NCBI GenBank assembly: GCA_964590575.1
Contig: CAZPWM010000058.1
Span: forward strand, 1-19,701
Source: an uncultured archaeon
Lineage (GTDB): Archaea; Asgardarchaeota; Thorarchaeia; Thorarchaeales; Thorarchaeaceae
DNA: 19,701 nt
Reading direction: 5' to 3'
The notes below the pieces were generated by a model. The model had not been told where the DNA came from. It was given only the letters and a program-made list of their open reading frames with translations, and made no database searches. Within the stretch, counting starts at the first letter, position 1, and every line of letters begins with the position of its first letter. Below are positions 1 to 7,226 of the stretch, in pieces. The translations under genes and the position numbers were made by a program.

Positions 1-1205
1 CTTCAGTGTATCAGGGTACCTATGAGGATGTAAAGAACGTTCATGAATTAGCTGATGCTGTCCTTGCAACACAACCTGAAGATTGGATAGCTCTTGAAAT
101 GAATTTCATGAAGTTTGAGGCTGATATGAGAAACTATCCCACAACAATGTATCAGACATCAACCATGGAGAGGATTCGTGAACTCATCGATAGTGATCCC
201 AGATTTGGTTTCTATGAGATCGTATTGAATGATCACCTATCAATACGTGCACAAGTAGATGGCGACACTGAGGAACGCATTCGCTGTATTGATAGAGGAA
301 TACAGATTGCGGAAAAGTTTGACGATAGGCTTCGAAAGGCACACCTTCTAATACAAAAAGGAAATATCATCATGAACTTTGACAGAAAGAAATCAAGAGA
401 GGCACTAGAACAAGCTTATCAGATTGTAGAATCCTCGTTAGGAATTCCTGCAAACTATGCAAATATCATATATTATCTGAGTATTTTGGATGCAATAAGA
501 GGTGAGTTTGACAGTGCTATCAGCGGTTGTCTGAAGGCTGTCACTATTCGAGAACGAGCAGGTTTGGAGAGTGGGAATGCCGCTTCTTTCCTTTCCATCT
601 TCTACAATGAAATAGGAGAGCCTGAATCAGGTCTTGAATGGGGTCGCATGGCTGAGGACCAGTTCAGTAGTAGACCATTTCTGATATATCACGCTATACT
701 ATTTCAAATTTGGTCACTCATTCTCCTGAAAAGACTCACAGAGGCTCAAGCCCTACTTGATTCATCACGAGAATCAATCTTGAAATCTGGAAATGAAGAT
801 CAACTTGCATGGTTTCATTTTGTATCAGGTGTTCTGGAAATGGAAGATGGTGATCTTCCTCTAGCATTAAGCAGTATTGAACAAGGGCTTAAAATCTATG
901 AACAACAGGAATCGGCACTTCTTATGGAAAACATCTTCTTGCATCAACTAGCGAAGATCGAAATCATGTCCTGCAAGACGGAAGAAGTAGTTTCTCCTTC
1001 ATTGGCAATTTTAGAAGAAAGAGCTTTGTCTGAGGATCTTCCTGGAGTTCTAGGACAGGTATTATTGCTCAAGGCTGATATTGCGCTTTTAAATAATGAT
1101 GAAGCACTTCTAAGAGAGATCATCCCACTGCTTAGAACACTTTCAGAGAGAAAGAATCTGCAGTTCTTGAAACCTTATTTTGAGAGCTTACAAAGAAAGC
1201 TATAG
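1..1205 (+). CDS. TPR/helical-repeat protein, 5'-truncated by the window edge
   Basis: The frame is open from base 3 to TAG at 1203-1205. It has repeated TPR-like helices (e.g. YYLSILDAIRGEFDSAISGCLKAVTI, FVSGVLEMEDGDLPLALSSIEQGLKI). The GTG at 6 is probably not the true start. Confidence 0.8.
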   Translation, partial: SVYQGTYEDVKNVHELADAVLATQPEDWIALEMNFMKFEADMRNYPTTMYQTSTMERIRELIDSDPRFGFYEIVLNDHLSIRAQVDGDTEERIRCIDRGIQIAEKFDDRLRKAHLLIQKGNIIMNFDRKKSREALEQAYQIVESSLGIPANYANIIYYLSILDAIRGEFDSAISGCLKAVTIRERAGLESGNAASFLSIFYNEIGEPESGLEWGRMAEDQFSSRPFLIYHAILFQIWSLILLKRLTEAQALLDSSRESILKSGNEDQLAWFHFVSGVLEMEDGDLPLALSSIEQGLKIYEQQESALLMENIFLHQLAKIEIMSCKTEEVVSPSLAILEERALSEDLPGVLGQVLLLKADIALLNNDEALLREIIPLLRTLSERKNLQFLKPYFESLQRKL

Positions 1206-1263
1206 CTATCACATTCTCTGTCCCAGACTATCTATCTGCCCCGTTAATAGAATGCGTGAATGT

Positions 1264-1374
1264 TCATGGCCAGACATCATAACTAGGCATTATGTCAATA
1301 ATTCCGAATCCTTCCAATACAAAGAAAATAACAACAATTAGAAGTATGATGATGATATCATATCTATCTAGTTT
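1264..1374 (-). pseudogene. Start-less paralog of the adjacent membrane micropeptide (KLDRYDIIIILLIVVIFFVLEGFGIIDIMPSYDVWP*)
   Basis: Manual translation aligns to 1442-1555 (DxxDI, VIF, LE, ID, PS, terminal WP). The position equivalent to the ATG is CTA (1369-1371), and an in-frame TGA lies just upstream at 1375-1377. Confidence 0.65.
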
Positions 1375-1410
1375 TCAAATCCTACTAATTGTGTAAGTGG
1401 ACTACTGCTA

Positions 1411-1426
1411 CTCGCTCAATAGCGAG
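1411..1426. terminator. Small hairpin between the two micropeptide copies
   Basis: CTCGCT-caat-AGCGAG forms a 6-bp stem, 15 nt downstream of the stop of 1442-1555 on the minus strand. Function is not established. Confidence 0.3.
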
Positions 1427-1441
1427 AATGGCTCGGTTAGG

Positions 1442-1555
1442 TTATGGCCAGCCCGCGCCAACACTGGGTATTAGATCAATAAAGTTCAGGCTTTCTAATA
1501 GTAAGAAGATAACGAGTATGACAAGTATTATGATAACGATGTCTTTCCAATCCAT
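1442..1555 (-). CDS. 37-aa single-pass membrane micropeptide MDWKDIVIIILVILVIFLLLESLNFIDLIPSVGAGWP
   Basis: ATG at 1555 is preceded by SD-like GGAGGGA, and the ORF ends in TAA at 1442-1444. It has a hydrophobic core and an adjacent paralog with synonymous-codon divergence. It is missing from the ORF track because it is short. Confidence 0.75.
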   Translation of the reverse strand: MDWKDIVIIILVILVIFLLLESLNFIDLIPSVGAGWP

Positions 1556-1698
1556 TTTTCACATCCCTCCAAAGGACGCGAACAATCATACGGTTTATGT
1601 GAGGTTCCTTAAAAATTCAGCTATATACTTGATGAATACAGTATCAGCAGCTGTATTTTTCTGGTTTGGCCAAAAATTCAGAAACTGGAAATGAGTCA

Positions 1699-1720
1699 AA
1701 CAAGAGGTTAATCTCTTGTT
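1699..1720 (-). terminator. Inverted repeat downstream of the C25 protease gene
   Basis: AACAAGAG-gttaat-CTCTTGTT is a perfect 8-bp stem ~22 nt after the stop at 1743. Confidence 0.4.
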
Positions 1721-1742
1721 CAATATCAGATAATCATTCCGC

Positions 1743-4700
1743 TTATCTCCTTCGTTTGACAACTACATATATCGCGACCACTATTCCTCCTACAATGAGT
1801 AGTATAAAGCCAATAGGGGGCGGTGGTGGGGGAACAATTATTGAAGCATTGAAAATCACTCCACCTATCAACCTGCATTTGATGAAGATGTCGACCATGA
1901 ACAAACGTCCTTCACCAGGTGTAATTGCTGAGAGTGAATCAAGAAATAGCGTGACCGTTTCATTTGCTTCCGCATCCATGGGTTGCGAGGAATAGTCTAG
2001 TATTGAGGCATTCCAAACATCTCCATAGTTTCCTAATTGAGTCACCTTAAGGTAGACATAGCTAGTAGTATTTGTTGGATTCCCAACATAGAACGTTCCC
2101 ATACCAGGCGAGCTCATTTCAATAACATAGACATTCTCGTATCCGAAGTTGTTGAATTTGTTTTCAGCTCTCTCCTCCGGATGGGACAGGTTTACCATCA
2201 AACAAGCACCTTGAGCGAGTATTGGTGTAAATGAGAAGGTTACACTATCTGTCATATCTTGGGTTGGAGAAACTGTAGCCTCTCCAATTGGCGTCCAAGA
2301 TACTCCGCCACCAAATGGTGCGTATGAAAGAGTCACTTTTGTGGAATCAGCCGCAATAATACCATTGTTATGTACGATTACTTCAATGTCGTGAACTTCA
2401 CCTTGAGTCATATAATCAACTTCAACACTATTTCGGTAAATAACAATGTCCGGACAGTCCCAGAAAACCTCTCCTGAGGCTATTGCTAATTCAGCCTGAT
2501 TGGAATGAGAAATCCATGGGTCTGGACCCTCGTTAGAAGCAAAACGTTGGAAACAATCAACTGTAGACCCAGTCGATGACCATACCAGCACATTCATGAA
2601 TCGAGTTGGTCCCGGCGAAACTTGCCAGTGAAACTCAGTTATTCCTGGTTCCAAATCAGCTATGTGATATCCATCAATAAGGATGGTTTTAGACTTGTCT
2701 ACAAGATATTCATTGAATGTGATTGTAAGTATATCATCTCCGATTATTGAATTCGGTGAAACAGAGATACTTGCGTCGCTATGAATTACCTCAATACTAC
2801 CAATATGAGGTCTGACATTGTGCTTTGTCACTGTCACATTGATATGTGAATAATCTGCTGAGGGATCTACATCAAAGATGGCTTGTCCATTAGGGTCGGT
2901 ATATCTGACCTCATAGACAAAAGCTCCTTGTTGAATGCAGACCTTTGCGAAGTTTATTGGGTCCCCAGTTTGTGAATTAATGACTGTCACAGCAAATCTT
3001 TGAGGATTTGCGGTTCCAACTGAATCTGGATAAGATACATTGATCCATGTAGGAGTCTCAGTCCATAGCTGGGTTTCAGGGTCTCCAAAGAGATGATATT
3101 CTTCAAATGTTGTTTCGACTTTATGTAGAGGATAATAATAATCATTAAAGGGCCAGATATAATCACTTCTTAACTCATTCCATCTCCCTTTAGCATATAG
3201 TTTACCAAAAATGAGCGCTGCTCCCATCTCATATATTGGCTGGTTATTTGATTCAAGGAATCCAGGCCAGAACGCCTGGATTAATCCATCCATCAATTGC
3301 GCACTCACGCCAGCGTAGGCAGGACGCGACGATGAAATTGCTGCAACAGCACCCCCTCCCTCCAGTCTTGTTATGTTCTCAGCATAACACTCATTCTCGT
3401 AGTCAGAGAATAGATTTGTGGTATCAAAAGGGGGTGCTCTCCCAAGGTACAAGTACACCTGATCAGTCTCCCCATCAAACCATCCTGTGTTACATGCAAT
3501 ACTAATTATCAGAGGTAACTTGTTTTCATTTGTCAGGTCTGAAAAGTACGACGTGTTGAAGAATGGGAACTCCCATCCCTCCGTTATATCTCTAACATGT
3601 GTATTTGGATAGACCATATTCTTGGACCCACCATGACCATAGTACAAGACAAAGAATCTTCCTTCGTTGATATTCGGCGTTATGTTGAGTCTTGCAATTT
3701 CTGTGAAATGTAAGGAAGTTTCAGGTGGAAGGTCATAACTCATGAGCCATCCATAATCAGAATAATATGGAAGAAGCGATTCAGAAACTAAAGTCTCATC
3801 AATAAGTATTAAGTCTTCAAGGTCTACGTCCGGATAGGGTATGGCCGGTGAAACATACCCATCTGATATACGGTCGTAATGCAGATAATCACATGAATAG
3901 TTGATGTGAACATTGTACCCGTGTGTACTATCATTCAGAGTATGTCTAATCCTCTCTAGAGCGGACATGAAGGGAAAGAGCACTTCCTCTATTCCATCTC
4001 GATTGTCGTCACCATCATTATCCCAGAAAGCTCCCGCGAAAAGTGCGTCGTTATAGAAAGATGAATCGACTGGAGGGTACTGTTCATATTGAAGAGTCTT
4101 ATTAACAATTATCTCAGCTTGTTCTACTGTATCAACTGACATTCGTCCGTAGATCATATCTGGAAGACACCCTTCTCCCTCGACGTTGAAATAGCCCAGG
4201 TCTGATGCGATGTAACCACAATCACCAAAAAAAAGACTCCAGGTGACAAATACGTCACTCATATGTTGAACCTCATAGGTGGTCGGAATATATTCGACAT
4301 CACCTAAAAGTAGGACATAAGTAGGTGCTGGATGCCCGTAATCATAGGCATCATTAATTATCTTCTTAACTTCGTCACGATCTCCTGCGTCTACAAGACA
4401 AACCTCTGAAGGAACTCCCTTTCGCTTCTTCCACTCTGCTAACCTATCAGCCTGAGACTTGAAATGATGAGTTGTGATGATCAAATACTCAGCATCACCC
4501 TGACAACCCTGTACTAGTGTTGCACACGTTGTAGCAAATCCCGGCTGAGCTGTATATGGGCTATTACAAGAGTCATAGTTCAACAGAATATTGAAAAGAA
4601 TACGCTCAAAAGCTACAGAGCATAGACGGTCTGCAACTGGCTGGATCTGTGCTGGAATGTTGTACTTCATCTTGATCACTATTTGGGAATACACCAACAG

Positions 4701-5417
4701 TGTTGTATTGACAGGGTTATATTGTACTGGATAGAAACTCAGTCCCAACAGTCTATGGCCTCTCATTATCAATGATGAGGAATTGAATCCTCCCTCTATA
4801 CTTGTTATGTTTCCTGGGAAGAAGGTGTCATTTGTGTAGATTGGACCGAAATCTATTGATGATACATCTAGACTTGATTCGTCTACTGCAAATGGAATAT
4901 CTTCAGTTGGGGATGGTGTGATGTTGTACCCGCTGGTGATGTCAGATGATGAAGCTAGAACTTCAATCGAAACATTGACATCGTGGGGAATCTCCACATA
5001 CTCGAACAGACATGGTAAAACTGGTGCACCCGGACTTTGTATTGAACTAGCTCCAGGCATTTCCAAGTCGTCATACACTGTTCCGTTTATTGTATTTTTA
5101 CCTCTCCAGAATCCATGGAAATCTGCCACAATCGTGATTCCCGACGTGTCTGAAATAGTAACATGGGCTTCAGCTGGAGTTCCAGGAGCTGAGGAGTCAA
5201 AAGAAACCCATAATCCAGCCTGCGACAGAACAGAACTCACTTCGCAGGGGCGACTTTGGAATGACTGATCAGAAAAATCTGGTTCTGCAATCTTCTCAGG
5301 ATTTGCTCTCATCAATACTTCAATCATTGTTATCGATGATATGACAATCATAGCACTAATGGAAACCGCTGTAAATTTCAGAAAAAGCTCCTTCCTATTC
5401 ACACAAGCCTTCTTCAT
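1743..5417 (-). CDS. Membrane-anchored C25-family (gingipain-like) cysteine peptidase, ~1224 aa
   Basis: It has an N-terminal hydrophobic segment and a propeptide-like region (PGAPVLPCLFEYVEIP). C25 motifs are YLIIT..LAEWKKRKG, YVLLLGD, PDMIYGR, catalytic YYGHG and ISIAC, and YHLFGDP. Ig/CARDB-like C-terminal domains are followed by a PPPPPP linker, a TM helix and KRRR. The start is placed at ATG 5417 because GGAGG lies 8 nt upstream; the ORF track starts at 5456. Confidence 0.88.
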   Translation of the reverse strand: MKKACVNRKELFLKFTAVSISAMIVISSITMIEVLMRANPEKIAEPDFSDQSFQSRPCEVSSVLSQAGLWVSFDSSAPGTPAEAHVTISDTSGITIVADFHGFWRGKNTINGTVYDDLEMPGASSIQSPGAPVLPCLFEYVEIPHDVNVSIEVLASSSDITSGYNITPSPTEDIPFAVDESSLDVSSIDFGPIYTNDTFFPGNITSIEGGFNSSSLIMRGHRLLGLSFYPVQYNPVNTTLLVYSQIVIKMKYNIPAQIQPVADRLCSVAFERILFNILLNYDSCNSPYTAQPGFATTCATLVQGCQGDAEYLIITTHHFKSQADRLAEWKKRKGVPSEVCLVDAGDRDEVKKIINDAYDYGHPAPTYVLLLGDVEYIPTTYEVQHMSDVFVTWSLFFGDCGYIASDLGYFNVEGEGCLPDMIYGRMSVDTVEQAEIIVNKTLQYEQYPPVDSSFYNDALFAGAFWDNDGDDNRDGIEEVLFPFMSALERIRHTLNDSTHGYNVHINYSCDYLHYDRISDGYVSPAIPYPDVDLEDLILIDETLVSESLLPYYSDYGWLMSYDLPPETSLHFTEIARLNITPNINEGRFFVLYYGHGGSKNMVYPNTHVRDITEGWEFPFFNTSYFSDLTNENKLPLIISIACNTGWFDGETDQVYLYLGRAPPFDTTNLFSDYENECYAENITRLEGGGAVAAISSSRPAYAGVSAQLMDGLIQAFWPGFLESNNQPIYEMGAALIFGKLYAKGRWNELRSDYIWPFNDYYYPLHKVETTFEEYHLFGDPETQLWTETPTWINVSYPDSVGTANPQRFAVTVINSQTGDPINFAKVCIQQGAFVYEVRYTDPNGQAIFDVDPSADYSHINVTVTKHNVRPHIGSIEVIHSDASISVSPNSIIGDDILTITFNEYLVDKSKTILIDGYHIADLEPGITEFHWQVSPGPTRFMNVLVWSSTGSTVDCFQRFASNEGPDPWISHSNQAELAIASGEVFWDCPDIVIYRNSVEVDYMTQGEVHDIEVIVHNNGIIAADSTKVTLSYAPFGGGVSWTPIGEATVSPTQDMTDSVTFSFTPILAQGACLMVNLSHPEERAENKFNNFGYENVYVIEMSSPGMGTFYVGNPTNTTSYVYLKVTQLGNYGDVWNASILDYSSQPMDAEANETVTLFLDSLSAITPGEGRLFMVDIFIKCRLIGGVIFNASIIVPPPPPPIGFILLIVGGIVVAIYVVVKRRR

Positions 5418-5718
5418 TCTAGGCTCCTCCATGCATGTACCAAAGGTCGGGTACAATTACTATTATTAATAAAACACATGATTGTGTGCATAAACCAGAA
5501 ATTGGATTGGAGCTGCGAGATTTAGATTCTGAAGTCTTGAAAGATTGTATCAGGTTGAAAATTAAGCTTTAATTATAACCTTGCCCCTAAGCCTACTCAG
5601 TCGTAAAACTGTGGAAAGGTTAGCGTACATATTCCTCTCCGATAACAATGAATTTCTTAAGATTCAACAGGAGATTAAGGATGTAATTCTAATCCCATGT
5701 TGCGGGAATACCACAGAC

Positions 5719-5862
5719 ATGGATCGAATTTGCTCATTCTGTGGGGATCCTATCGAGAAGAGTCAAATGATTCTGTGAAAAGTGGAGGGGGAATCTCAAT
5801 CTTTCTGCACAAACACATGTGCAGACAATTTCATCAAGTCACTTCGTTTGACACCATCATAG
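5719..5862 (+). pseudogene. TRASH/YHS-like metal-binding small protein with an in-frame TGA at 5776-5778
   Basis: Reading through the TGA gives MDRICSFCGDPIEKSQMIL*KVEGESQSFCTNTCADNFIKSLRLTPS*, a complete CxxCG...FCxxxCxxxF pattern. It ends 3 nt from the convergent GNAT stop. The upstream in-frame PCCG may belong to the gene. Confidence 0.65.
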
Positions 5863-5865
5863 AAA

Positions 5866-7068
5866 TCAAAATCTGACGTATGACACAAATGTGTCAGGCG
5901 GGAATATTGCTTCAAGTTTTCTCGCAGTGTCAGTATCACATCTAATCTCTTGTAGTGACCTTAGTAGTGTTGGCGGTGTAATCCCTCCAATCATCTCTGA
6001 GAGTTGAAATGCATTCAGAGAAATATCCGGTTTTGAAGTGCTCCTTTCAGCTTTCAGCTTTCCACCATCTGGAATGAGTGTGTATACTCCAGTGTTCCAA
6101 GGACATTGGTCATCAAACAACTCAATAGTGACTTGGTCTACTGTCTTCTCTGGAATTCTGATACTTTGGCAGTAGCCCTCAAGGTCAACAACCCGCATCA
6201 TCATTGAACCCAGCATAAATGATTCAGTTGTATGGATGTCCCTGAAGTAATGTCTAACAGGCACTTCTGCATCAGTCCACCATGTGATTTTACTTACGTT
6301 GGCGGAGTAATTCCTGACCAACTCAACGATTGAGGGGAAGATATCATCACTGGAATATCTTGTCGTGCCTACAGTCAGTTCAAGGGGCTGATTAGGAACA
6401 CCTCCTCTGAATCTAAACCAAACACAACCCACTGGACCATTCTTGTCCTCAAGTATGTGAACAATACCATTCTTCATGACATAATCCAAGAAATCAGTAT
6501 TTGAGAAGAACCTTGACCCTAACCTAGCCATTGACCTTTCAATTTGAATGATAGTTTCCCTGTCTTCCGGGTCTTTTGCCTCTCTCGAAATAATATCTTC
6601 TCTAGTCTTGCCTAAACTTATTTGATCTCTCTTGAAGACATGCTTTGCGCGTCTTTCTGCCACTGCGTATGAGAATTTTTCATAGAAGGGTCTATAGAAT
6701 GGGTCTAGTATTGAAAGACTAGCCTTCTCATCTCGCATTCTTGGAAATGAGATATCAAAGAGTTTCCTAACGAGCCCTTTTCTACGGTAAGCACCATCCG
6801 TTGTGACTGCCCATACTCCTCCAAATCGTACTGGAGCTCCCCTGATAATCTGCTCGTGTTCAGATGTTGTAAAGAAGGAGAGTGTTGCAACAACCTTGTC
6901 ATTGTCCACTGCAACATATGCGTAGTTCTCTTTTTCCGGATTATTCCATCGCTTTATCCAATCTTGCTTCAGATAGTCTTCGTAATCTGTAGCGGCTTCA
7001 AATGCTTTCCAAAGTACTCTGACTGCAGACTCACGGTCTTCTTCGCAAGCTTCCCTAACCTCAATCAT
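5866..7068 (-). CDS. Eis-like GNAT acetyltransferase (GNAT domains plus SCP2-like C-terminus)
   Basis: 400 aa. It has the acetyl-CoA-binding motif VWAVTTDGAYRRKGL, the motif LDPF..PFYEKFSY, and Eis-type C-terminal motifs MMRVVDL and DDQCPWNTG. Confidence 0.88.
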   Translation of the reverse strand: MIEVREACEEDRESAVRVLWKAFEAATDYEDYLKQDWIKRWNNPEKENYAYVAVDNDKVVATLSFFTTSEHEQIIRGAPVRFGGVWAVTTDGAYRRKGLVRKLFDISFPRMRDEKASLSILDPFYRPFYEKFSYAVAERRAKHVFKRDQISLGKTREDIISREAKDPEDRETIIQIERSMARLGSRFFSNTDFLDYVMKNGIVHILEDKNGPVGCVWFRFRGGVPNQPLELTVGTTRYSSDDIFPSIVELVRNYSANVSKITWWTDAEVPVRHYFRDIHTTESFMLGSMMMRVVDLEGYCQSIRIPEKTVDQVTIELFDDQCPWNTGVYTLIPDGGKLKAERSTSKPDISLNAFQLSEMIGGITPPTLLRSLQEIRCDTDTARKLEAIFPPDTFVSYVRF

Positions 7069-7226
7069 AGAGGAATTGCTGAATGGAAGTCTTCAAGTGC
7101 TTTTCGTATTGCGCGAATTACTTGGAGAATTCATGTCTAATCTTTTCCACCAGTTCCTCGCTCAAATCCGAATCTGTCGCGACGCGTTTCAGGTTGGAAA
7201 GAAACTCAAACAATAAGTCCCAAGAT

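Noticed and set aside
1389-1995. Plus-strand ORFs 1389-1694 and 1666-1995
   Set aside because: They are antisense shadows of the micropeptide and protease genes; the poly-Gly stretch is the reverse of the poly-Pro linker.
5581-5718. TTG-started N-terminal extension of the 65-aa ORF
   Set aside because: No recognisable motif before PCCG, and the region probably holds promoter DNA. The credible coding signal is the TRASH-like part.
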